Shown here in pieces: positions 30,635 to 38,263 of a stretch of 40,895 nt of DNA. Origin of the DNA: a bacterium. Lineage in GTDB: Bacteria; UBA10199; 2-02-FULL-44-16; DYJF01. A model generated the notes under the pieces. It was not told the DNA's origin, did not search any database, and saw only the letters and a list, made by a program, of their open reading frames with translations. Where the stretch lies: contig JBGSNL010000005.1 of assembly GCA_041739675.1 (NCBI GenBank), positions 1 to 40,895 of the forward strand. Reading direction: 5' to 3'. Position numbers and translations under genes: made by a program. Each line of letters starts with the position of its first letter. The stretch's first letter is position 1.

Positions 30635-31348
30635 ATGAACATATATATTCTAGGCGGCGGCTGTTACGGCCTGCAGTATGCGCGCTGGCTCCTGGCCGCC
30701 CGCGCCCGGCGCAAAATAGATTTTGAGCATCTGATAGTGGTGGATCGCGATTCAAATTGCGCGGTCTCTGCAAAAATCAAAGACCCCCTTGTCAGGCTTG
30801 TCGCGTTTGACTGGATTTATTTCCTCACCGATTATGCCGGACGTCTTCCTGCCCGAACCGATGATCTGGTCGTGCCCTCACATGCAGCGCCACATGTCTT
30901 GGGCATGGTCTTTCTTGAACTCATAAAATCCCAGGACGGAAAGGGGCGTCGCGTCTCCGTTGAGACCGCCGATACCAGAGTGCCGGTGGGAACCCCTTAC
31001 GAATGGAAGCGCGAAAAAGGAATCACGGCTGTCAGCATGGCCACATGGAACTGCCCCGCGAATTGTCCCGAGCCCGGCAAGTGCCCGCACATACATGCGC
31101 CGCGCGATTGGGATCTCGAGATGACCTTGAGAAGCTGGGCCGAAACCGTCAAACTCGACGATTTTTTCGTCTTTCCCGCCCGCCACTACGCCTTTGCCGT
31201 GAGTGCAATCCCCATGCAGTCAATAATAGACGCGTGGCGAACTCTGCAAACGAGACTTCAGACTGCCGGCGAATACATGATAGGCGTCGCGACTTCGTCG
31301 GCCTGCCACGGAATACTGTCTATTTTTAGGGTAAAAGTTGGTGAGTAG
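30635..31348 (+). CDS. Hypothetical protein with Rossmann-like N-terminus and Cys-rich motif
   Basis: IYILGGGCYG...IVVD; WNCPANCPEPGKCP; SACHG. Confidence 0.7.
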   Translation: MNIYILGGGCYGLQYARWLLAARARRKIDFEHLIVVDRDSNCAVSAKIKDPLVRLVAFDWIYFLTDYAGRLPARTDDLVVPSHAAPHVLGMVFLELIKSQDGKGRRVSVETADTRVPVGTPYEWKREKGITAVSMATWNCPANCPEPGKCPHIHAPRDWDLEMTLRSWAETVKLDDFFVFPARHYAFAVSAIPMQSIIDAWRTLQTRLQTAGEYMIGVATSSACHGILSIFRVKVGE

Positions 31349-31398
31349 CCGCAAACTTTAGTTTGCGCTCATTGGCGCAGGCTGAAGCCTGCGGCTAC
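31345..31398. repeat. GTAG-type REP doublet (REPIN-like)
   Basis: GTAGCCGCAAAC-TTTA-GTTTGCG, spacer, CGCAGGC-TGAA-GCCTGCGGCTAC: two inverted palindromic units with terminal GTAG/CTAC. Confidence 0.8.
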
Positions 31399-32450
31399 TT
31401 GCCTTTACTCTTTTTTGCGGCGGATTTCTTCTTGGTTGTCTTTGTGCTCTTGTACTTTGCCTTTGCGCTTGCTTTGCCTTTGCTCTTGCTTTTGGAAAGG
31501 GCAGCGTAGCTCTTTTTGTTTTTCGGGAGGCGGTAGTGAGGTTGGGCCTGCGGGGCGGTTGGATGTCGGAACTGAACCTTCGGCTCCGCGAATTGCAGCT
31601 TTGGGGCGGCGGGCGGCGGCAATTTCAGATTGAGCTGTTTCGACGATTTTGCAAAGTGCCAGTCGCTCAAGAGGGCTACGAATCGCGGATCGTCTTTGAT
31701 GATATAAAAATCGTCCCCCACCGCAAGCCAGGTCATTATGACATCCGGCCTTTCGCGGTAGGCCGCTTTGAGCGATTCCATTGCATCATCCTGATCTCCC
31801 CTGGCAGCATAGTAAGCGGCAAGATATTCCTGTGTCTGAAAATCGGCGCCGAGTTTCGTCAGGTCCACTTTCTTCATGACCTTGTCGGCCTTATCCGGTT
31901 CGTTATTCGAAGCGAAAACTGCAGCCATCAGAAGGTCGGTCTCCTGCTTATGTTGCGGCGTCGCCGATCCTCCGGCTTTTTTGTAGAACTTGACTGAGTT
32001 TTCGGCGAACTGTTCCTGCGTGATACCGTTCGCCTTCAGGAAGAGAAAGAGGTTGTGATAGGCAATTCCCAGATTTTGATAATACTGATGCGCTTCCGAA
32101 TGTTTGGGGTGCTTCTTCGATGTCTCATGCATCACGATTCTCGTGACTTCGCGCAAAAGATACAATGATTTTGCGGTCGTCGGCTGTTCCCGAAGCTCGA
32201 TCGCCGCCTCATTGAGATTTCCTCTCGCCAACGCATCGATCACGTCGGCGGATATCGGCTTCTGCGGCTCCTCTTTTTTTATCTGCTCCTGTTTCACCTG
32301 CGCTGCCTTCACTTTTTTAACCTTCGATTTGGCGAAGGCAGATTGAGGATTAAGAATGAGAATGAAACCAATAAGAACGCATAAAAGCTGAAAGTTCAAA
32401 TGACCTTCTGTTTTCTGATCACTGATCACTGATCTCTGATCACTGTTCAC
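31395..32450 (-). CDS. Exported TPR-like alpha-helical protein with Lys-rich C-terminal tail
   Basis: Signal peptide (LLCVLIGFILILNPQSAFA), LAAYYAARGDQDDAMESLKAAY...DDF..IKDDPRF TPR/cap pattern, K/S/A-rich tail. Confidence 0.7.
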   Translation of the reverse strand: MNSDQRSVISDQKTEGHLNFQLLCVLIGFILILNPQSAFAKSKVKKVKAAQVKQEQIKKEEPQKPISADVIDALARGNLNEAAIELREQPTTAKSLYLLREVTRIVMHETSKKHPKHSEAHQYYQNLGIAYHNLFLFLKANGITQEQFAENSVKFYKKAGGSATPQHKQETDLLMAAVFASNNEPDKADKVMKKVDLTKLGADFQTQEYLAAYYAARGDQDDAMESLKAAYRERPDVIMTWLAVGDDFYIIKDDPRFVALLSDWHFAKSSKQLNLKLPPPAAPKLQFAEPKVQFRHPTAPQAQPHYRLPKNKKSYAALSKSKSKGKASAKAKYKSTKTTKKKSAAKKSKGK

Positions 32451-32456
32451 TGTTTT
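32415..32456. repeat. Tandem heptamer repeat (CTGATCA)x6, degenerate
   Basis: CTGATCA CTGATCA CTGATCT CTGATCA CTGTTCA CTGTTTT spanning the GTGA stop/start overlap. Confidence 0.88.
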
Positions 32457-33148
32457 TGCTCCTTCGATATCGTAAAATCAGCATAGTCGCACGCGGCCGC
32501 TGTATGTGTGGCGTTGCCGTCGGTCAAAACCGCGATGCCGGACGGTTTCTTTTTGAGTTCTCCGCCGAAGAGTTCCTTATAATCTGCCGGCACGTTGACA
32601 GTGTGACTCACCCATTTATTGAGATTTAGAGCTCCGCTGTCCGCCACCTTGATTTTAAGCTTTCCGTCTCTGCGCGTTACCGTCTGCGCTACAGGCAAAG
32701 AGGTGGACCAGACGTATTTGATCGCGTCGCCGGTGTAGGTGCCGATAATGACATATACTCCGCATGCGCTGTCGTTTTTGTTGTCGTCATTTTCTGCGGC
32801 GCCTTTCGGCAATTCTCTCGCCCGCCACTTCCAGCTCAGGTACGGATACCGTTCAAGGTCCCAGTTGAAATATCGCATTGTCTGTTGGGAGAGATCCTTG
32901 TCATCTTTCGCCTTCAGATATTTTCGGCCGTTCTCTTCAGCGATCTGATAGACCTCCTGAGCCTTGCCCCGCTGAAACGGCCATGTGCGCCATTTGGAAG
33001 GAAATTTTCCGGCCTGATAATCGGCAAAGTTGTCGATTACAAGGACGGTCCCGATCTGGGATTCCTGCCGGGATTCCTCACCCGAGACCTTCAAAGCGAG
33101 CGAAAAGATGAATGCAAAAGACAGCAAAATGAGGATTGTTTTGCGCAT
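32447..33148 (-). CDS. DUF3047-like exported protein
   Basis: Signal peptide; P.LSWKW, IKYVWS, WV....V..DY..LFG, IAV.TD pattern. Confidence 0.75.
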   Translation of the reverse strand: MRKTILILLSFAFIFSLALKVSGEESRQESQIGTVLVIDNFADYQAGKFPSKWRTWPFQRGKAQEVYQIAEENGRKYLKAKDDKDLSQQTMRYFNWDLERYPYLSWKWRARELPKGAAENDDNKNDSACGVYVIIGTYTGDAIKYVWSTSLPVAQTVTRRDGKLKIKVADSGALNLNKWVSHTVNVPADYKELFGGELKKKPSGIAVLTDGNATHTAAACDYADFTISKEQKQ

Positions 33149-33207
33149 AAGGCCGCATATAGGAGGTTTTTACCGATTCGTCAATGAAGGAGAGGGTTAC
33201 CGACCCA

Positions 33208-33325
33208 ATCGCTTTTCATCGCTCTTTCATCGCCGTTCCATCGCCTGATCATCGCAGTTAACTGCAGAGAACAGATAAAAGATTCAGAGAACAGAGAACC
33301 GAGCAACTGTGAAAAGAGAAAAGAG
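33208..33325. repeat. Low-complexity tandem repeats downstream of four-helix gene A
   Basis: Five ATCGC-cored 10-11-mers, palindrome GCAGTTAACTGC, then ACAGAGA/AAAAGAG-type heptamers. Confidence 0.75.
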
Positions 33326-33326
33326 C

Positions 33327-33662
33327 TCATGGCAGAGCCCTCACTTGAACGTATGCCAACCGAAGCCGCGACTTGAGCGAATCAAGCTCAGTACTTTCGA
33401 TAAGGCCGAAGGCGCGAGCAAGATCAAGAGCTGCGGAGACTTCCGCGATTGAACCGAGCGAGATGCGGAAGAACCAGTACCGCTCGCGACCGCGCCTGCT
33501 TTTCCCATTGCCTTCCGCAAGATTGAGAATAGTGGAGGTTGTTGCACGGCGTAGCTGATCAACAAGATCACCATGTCCTTTGGGCCACCTGGCCACCATC
33601 CTTGCAACCTCCTCTGCAATTGAGACTAACTGCCTGTAGCACTCCAGTTTTTCGTGATTCAT
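33327..33662 (-). CDS. Four helix bundle protein A (23S rRNA IVS-protein / Avd-like family)
   Basis: HEKLECY...DQLRRA..S..LNLAEG...FF.IS.GS..EV...LD; AAGGAGG SD. Confidence 0.9.
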   Translation of the reverse strand: MNHEKLECYRQLVSIAEEVARMVARWPKGHGDLVDQLRRATTSTILNLAEGNGKSRRGRERYWFFRISLGSIAEVSAALDLARAFGLIESTELDSLKSRLRLAYVQVRALP

Positions 33663-33666
33663 GACT

Positions 33667-33740
33667 CCTCCTTTGGTTTGTCAGTTATCGCTGCCCTCTC
33701 ATAAGGGTGGAGGGCAGCGATAACTGACAAACCTAGGAGG
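33667..33740. repeat. Perfect 24-bp inverted repeat (33675-33698 / 33710-33733, 11-nt loop) extending into both SD sequences
   Basis: GGTTTGTCAGTTATCGCTGCCCTC / GAGGGCAGCGATAACTGACAAACC, flanked by CCTCCT and AGGAGG. Confidence 0.95.
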
Positions 33741-33745
33741 CGTTT

Positions 33746-34081
33746 ATGTTGCACGAAAAATTGGAATGCTACCAAAGGGCAGTCGGATTGGCAGAGGAGT
33801 TAAGCAAGGAGGGTGCCAGGTGGCCCCGCGGCCTTGGCTATCTATATGATCAGCTGCGCCGCGCAATCGCGTCAGTCGTTCTCAATATTGCAGAAGGCAA
33901 CGCGCGTAGAAGCACAGCCGAGCGTCGCCGCTTCTTCGAGATCGCCCGCGCCTCAGCGGTTGAGGTATCTGCGTGCATCGATCTCGCGTCATCCTTCGGT
34001 GTAATGACGCCGCTCTCTGCAAGGTCGGTCAAGGTTCGCCTCACCGAGGTCAGCAAGATGCTCTGGGCTCTAATGAAATAG
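33746..34081 (+). CDS. Four helix bundle protein B (same family, divergent orientation)
   Basis: HEKLECY...DQLRRA..S..LNIAEG...RFFEIARAS..EVSA..D; AGGAGG SD. Confidence 0.9.
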   Translation: MLHEKLECYQRAVGLAEELSKEGARWPRGLGYLYDQLRRAIASVVLNIAEGNARRSTAERRRFFEIARASAVEVSACIDLASSFGVMTPLSARSVKVRLTEVSKMLWALMK

Positions 34082-34141
34082 AAATCTCTGAACCGTCGCA
34101 GTTCGCACACCGGTTCTTGTTTTTACTTTCATCACCCGCCC

Positions 34142-34162
34142 CACATACCACCTACCACCTAC
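34142..34162. repeat. Tandem heptamer (CACCTAC)x3 followed by a T run
   Basis: CACATAC CACCTAC CACCTAC TTTTTTT. Confidence 0.65.
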
Positions 34163-34263
34163 TTTTTTTGCGCTTTTCCCACCGCTTGCAATGGGGTGGG
34201 GAGGGGAGTAAGTGGGGGGCAGTTAATACTTTTTACGGGCTTGCTCCGTTACCCGTGGTTTCT

Positions 34264-35547
34264 ATGAATTATAGCCTGCGATATGATTTCTATCCGGTTG
34301 GCCAAGGGTTATTTACATCCGGTACGATTCGTCATCCAAATGATCATCAGAGATTTAGCTGGGTATATGATTGTGGTACAAGCTCATCGCTACAGAAAGA
34401 AGGGAAAGAATTACTTTCAAAAGCGTATGGTCGTTTAAAAGAAAACATCGGACGAAATAACGATCAAAAAAACGACCAGTCAAAACCAACACTCGATCTA
34501 GTTGCCATATCCCATTTTGATAAAGACCATATCAATGGTTTCGACAATCTCTTTCCTCAGTTTAATGTTAAAAGAATCTTACTTCCCTATATGCCTTTAT
34601 GGCAACGGTTGATAGTGGCTTTTGAAGAAAAGATTCGACCGCTCGCTAGAAAAAAACAGATTAACCCTATGATGCATTTTTTTATTAATCCTGTTTCCTA
34701 CATCAAAAAAGCAATTGATGGCGTTGAGATCGTTCTTGTGCCACCTACTCCTAAACAAACGATAGTGTCGTCCAATGAAGACTCTGAGGAGATGAATGAT
34801 TTTGTTCTGCAAATTGATGAACGTGTTCTGTCTGAAGAAGAAAAAGGCGACCTAAATATAACTGTGCCAGCGAACACTAAGATCAAATTTGTGAAAGACG
34901 GAGGCAGGCTTTACATCAATGGCATATGGGAGTTCGTGCCCTACAATGAAGCAAAATTAGATGAAAAGGCGACGTCTGGATTTCAAAAAGAGGTAGATGA
35001 TAGAAGAAATGTTTTGTATAGCGAGAATCCTGACGCTATCCAGAAAGCTCTTCTGGATCTAAAAGATATCTATGGTCAAACATTTGGAAACCAAAAAAGA
35101 AACAAAAATATAATTTCTTTGTTTCTTTATGGTGGTCCAATCCATGCGAAGCACTGTTGTCCATTGTTTCAAGCCATGTATTTTGAGAAGGTGTCGTTAC
35201 GTCCGAACTTACGGATAACTTCTTTGTGTCCTGATCGATGTGGAATCCTTTATACAGGAGATGGTTATCTCAACACAACGAGCAGGATCAAAGCTTTAAA
35301 AACGTATCTTAATTCTAATCGCATTGCTAAATTACATACCTTGCAAGTAATGCATCACGGTGCGAAAGGAAACTGCCATAGAGATGTGCCTACCGAATTT
35401 AATCCCGTTGTAAGCCTTTTTAGTTCAGATCCTGATTCAAAGAGATATAGGCATCCTAATGCCTCAGTGCTTCGTTATTTCGTGTCTCATGGACCAGTGC
35501 TCGTTGACAAGAAATGCGGTGCGACAATATTTTTTTTCTTTCACTAG
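34264..35547 (+). CDS. Stand-alone ComEC-like metallo-beta-lactamase-fold hydrolase, AT-rich
   Basis: PVGQG, YDCGT, ISHFDKDH, YTGD, HHGA, YRHP; start at MNYSLRY (upstream ORF extension overlaps gene B and repeats). Confidence 0.82.
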   Translation: MNYSLRYDFYPVGQGLFTSGTIRHPNDHQRFSWVYDCGTSSSLQKEGKELLSKAYGRLKENIGRNNDQKNDQSKPTLDLVAISHFDKDHINGFDNLFPQFNVKRILLPYMPLWQRLIVAFEEKIRPLARKKQINPMMHFFINPVSYIKKAIDGVEIVLVPPTPKQTIVSSNEDSEEMNDFVLQIDERVLSEEEKGDLNITVPANTKIKFVKDGGRLYINGIWEFVPYNEAKLDEKATSGFQKEVDDRRNVLYSENPDAIQKALLDLKDIYGQTFGNQKRNKNIISLFLYGGPIHAKHCCPLFQAMYFEKVSLRPNLRITSLCPDRCGILYTGDGYLNTTSRIKALKTYLNSNRIAKLHTLQVMHHGAKGNCHRDVPTEFNPVVSLFSSDPDSKRYRHPNASVLRYFVSHGPVLVDKKCGATIFFFFH

Positions 35548-35601
35548 AAGACACATGGCTCCATTTTGATTTGCTAAGATTCTTGGTGAGAAAGATAGCT
35601 G

Positions 35602-35656
35602 GTGAATACAAATATATAGGCTTCCCCTTTTTAACTCAAATTGCGGGAGGCAGGGA
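35602..35656 (+). repeat. ~55-bp direct repeat, copy 1 (after the MBL gene)
   Basis: GTGAATACAAAT...TCCCCTT.TTAACTCAAATTGCGGGA; 45/55 identical to copy 2 by hand alignment. Confidence 0.85.
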
Positions 35657-35725
35657 CGGTTTAATAAGGGTTATTAATGGTCATCAACTTCACCCACGGT
35701 TTATATAGGTATTATTTTAAGCGAT

Positions 35726-36355
35726 ATGACACTATATAAGTATCTTACCGAAGAGCATGCCATATCCATGGTGGAAAACGGTATTGTGCGTATCGGTACA
35801 TTATATGAATTTCGAGATATTGAACGCCATGGGGGTGTCCGCGGGGATGAAGAGGAGGGAGTCAAATCAACACACTTAGGCGGTCCTTATGAGTTGTCAG
35901 ATAATTCTTCGATCCCAGAATTTCTAAAAGGAATGATAAAAATCAAAGGGGGAGCAAAAATCAAAGAAGGAAAACTAACAAATATTACGCGTGTCGATCA
36001 AAGTCCAAATTTTTATATATATTGTACAAGTAAAATTTACAATAAAACTCTGAAATATAGATTCGGAGGTGCTTGCGTAGAAATTACGGATTATCATCAT
36101 TTCTTTCGAGAGCTATTAAAGACACTGAATCAAATTATCCCCATAAAAGAGGTTGGACTTTATGACTGCATATATACTGAAAAATCAGTTGACCACACCA
36201 ATTGGTCGCAGACTCATCCAGCTCTCATGAAGCCGCCTCGATATTCTGAAGAATGCGAAGTGCGGGCACTATGGCAACCGATCGATTTACAATCGGATCT
36301 AAAACCCCAAATATTTCAATGTAAAACGATAACACAGCATTGCAAAATAAAATGA
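35726..36355 (+). CDS. Hypothetical protein, DUF2971-like, AT-rich
   Basis: LYKY N-terminus, GD..EG, YIYCTS, GACVEI, K...YS.E.EVR pattern. Confidence 0.6.
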   Translation: MTLYKYLTEEHAISMVENGIVRIGTLYEFRDIERHGGVRGDEEEGVKSTHLGGPYELSDNSSIPEFLKGMIKIKGGAKIKEGKLTNITRVDQSPNFYIYCTSKIYNKTLKYRFGGACVEITDYHHFFRELLKTLNQIIPIKEVGLYDCIYTEKSVDHTNWSQTHPALMKPPRYSEECEVRALWQPIDLQSDLKPQIFQCKTITQHCKIK

Positions 36356-36421
36356 ATCGCCTTCGTTACCTCACTAGTCTGAGGGTTTTGAAAAAGGGGA
36401 CGTTTCCCGGTAACTAAACCA

Positions 36422-36476
36422 GTGAATACAAATGCGTGGGGCTCCCCTTGTTAACTCAAATTGCGGGAAGTGGGGA
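36422..36476 (+). repeat. ~55-bp direct repeat, copy 2 (after the DUF2971-like gene)
   Basis: Same blocks GTGAATACAAAT and TTAACTCAAATTGCGGGA at identical spacing. Confidence 0.85.
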
Positions 36477-36654
36477 TAAAGGGGTCAGTCCCCATATAGA
36501 TAAGTATCCGAAATCATTCATTATCGATTTTGAGGAAACGGGTGTTTTGGGTGTTTTAATCCTCTCATTTTTTTTGAACTGCAACCGAATCGGGATGGGC
36601 GAGAACTTCAGTGCTTTTACTGATCACCAATCACTGAATTCCATAGCGGCGGGT

Positions 36655-37374
36655 TCAGGCTGAGATTGTCTTCAAGAGATTCTTCAGATCGGCCGGCAAA
36701 TCCGATTCGAAGCTCATTCGCCTCCCCGTCACAGGATGCGAAAATCCAATGGCGCTTGCGTGGAGAAAATGTCGGCCAAGCGCGAGCGTATCTTCGCTCC
36801 GCTTTTTTGGATTTTGATAAAGATGGTCGCCTGCGATGGGAAAACCCATCGATGCAAGATGGACGCGGATCTGGTGGCGGACGCCGGTCTCAATTTGCAC
36901 GCTGAGAAGCGCAAAGTTCGTACCAAATCGCTTGATGACCTTGAAATCCGTTTTTGCGGGCCGGCCGCCTGAACCCACGACCATCTTTTTTTTCTTCCTC
37001 GGATGATGCGAAATGGGTTTGGAGATTGTTCCCTTTGCCGGCGGATTTCCTATAACGAGCGCGAGATATTCCTTGTCGACTTTTCTCTCATCGAATTGGA
37101 GACGCAGGAACTCATACGCCTCGGGCGTCCTTGCCGCGATCATGAGACCGGACGTGTCGTTGTCGAGCCTGTGCATGAGGCCCGCTTCCAGCTCGCCCTT
37201 GGGGAGTTCCTTGAGTTTTGGGAATTTCGCGATGAGCCAGGATGCGAGCGTGCCGGCGTTTTTTTTCGCAAGGGAGACTGCCGGCATTCCGGCCGGTTTC
37301 TCAACGACTATCACCGACTCATCTTTATAGATGATGCGCGGCGCATTCAAAGCATTCAAATTCGAGGCTCGCAT
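36655..37374 (-). CDS. RluA-family RNA pseudouridine synthase (start uncertain)
   Basis: KPAGM, HRLDNDTSGL, ETGVRHQIRVH, GD.LY, FLHA..I.F.HP. Confidence 0.92.
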   Translation of the reverse strand: MRASNLNALNAPRIIYKDESVIVVEKPAGMPAVSLAKKNAGTLASWLIAKFPKLKELPKGELEAGLMHRLDNDTSGLMIAARTPEAYEFLRLQFDERKVDKEYLALVIGNPPAKGTISKPISHHPRKKKKMVVGSGGRPAKTDFKVIKRFGTNFALLSVQIETGVRHQIRVHLASMGFPIAGDHLYQNPKKRSEDTLALGRHFLHASAIGFSHPVTGRRMSFESDLPADLKNLLKTISA

Positions 37375-38263
37375 GTGTGATTGCAAAACGGCAGGCGAGA
37401 ACTTCCATTGCCCGCTCCCTCAGTTTCTCCACTTCGGACAACGCCATGTCATCCACCAGGATGTGCGCGGTCATCACGTACATCTTTGAGGTCAGCTCCC
37501 AGACGTGAATATGATGAACGTCTCTGATCTCCTTGATATCCTCTTTCAGGGCGGCCGCTATTTTCTCATGAGAAAGATCGCGCGGCGTAGATTGCAGAAG
37601 GATTCTCGCCGCGTCCCAGAGAAGTTTTCCCGCCCAGTATGCGATGACGATCGCGATAAGCGCCGAAACGATGGGATCTATGGGGGTCCAGCCGGTGAGC
37701 CAGATGAGAACCGCCGCAATCACAACACCGACCGACGATCCCAGATCGCCAAGGACGTGTATGAACGCGGCCTTGATGTTGATGTCGTGGTGTGAGGCCT
37801 CGTGGAGGAGCTTCGCTGTGATCGCATTCACCACAAGGCCGATGACGGCGATAGCGAACATCGAGCCGCCCGAAATCATTCCCGGATTATGGAGCCGTTG
37901 CCATGCCTCGTATAAGATCCACGCCGAGATGATGAGAAGTGTGAGGCCGTTTGCAAACGCCGCCAGTATCTCGGCGCGGTAGAATCCAAAACTCTGTGCT
38001 TCCGTGGGCGGCCTGCACGCCAGAAGTATCGCGCAGTAGCTGATCCCCAGCGCGAAAAGATGCGAGAACATGTGGCCCGCATCGGAGAGAAGCGCGAGAG
38101 AGCCGCTCCATATACCGCCGACGATTTCCACAACCATCGTGACGGCCGTGATCACAATGGACAAGATGAGGCGCTTCTGCTCAAGCGCGCAGTAGGCCGC
38201 ATCGGGCTGGGCAGCCACAGTGCGGCACCGGAATTCCTTGGTTGTTCCGAAATGATCTTCCAT
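37325..38263 (-). CDS. Cation diffusion facilitator (CzcD/ZitB-like) transporter
   Basis: SLALLSDAGHM, FGFYRAEILAA, N..AAFIHVLGD, HHIHVW. Confidence 0.93.
   Translation of the reverse strand: MEDHFGTTKEFRCRTVAAQPDAAYCALEQKRLILSIVITAVTMVVEIVGGIWSGSLALLSDAGHMFSHLFALGISYCAILLACRPPTEAQSFGFYRAEILAAFANGLTLLIISAWILYEAWQRLHNPGMISGGSMFAIAVIGLVVNAITAKLLHEASHHDINIKAAFIHVLGDLGSSVGVVIAAVLIWLTGWTPIDPIVSALIAIVIAYWAGKLLWDAARILLQSTPRDLSHEKIAAALKEDIKEIRDVHHIHVWELTSKMYVMTAHILVDDMALSEVEKLRERAMEVLACRFAITHASLEFECFECAAHHL

Noticed and set aside
33973..34263. 97-aa N-terminal extension of the MBL ORF
   Set aside because: Overlaps four-helix gene B and repeat DNA; the domain begins at MNYSLRY (34264)
33327..36476. 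Diversity-generating retroelement (Avd-like genes plus a repeat pair)
   Set aside because: No reverse transcriptase in the window; both repeat copies are intergenic and the mismatches are not confined to adenines
35602..36476. CRISPR array or canonical integron attC sites
   Set aside because: Only two copies 820 bp apart, no cas or intI gene, and no attC-style extended palindrome
35514..36663. Small ORFs 35514-35708 and 36436-36663 sharing G.P.LTQIAG
   Set aside because: The shared peptide is just the translated DNA repeat; no SD or other coding support
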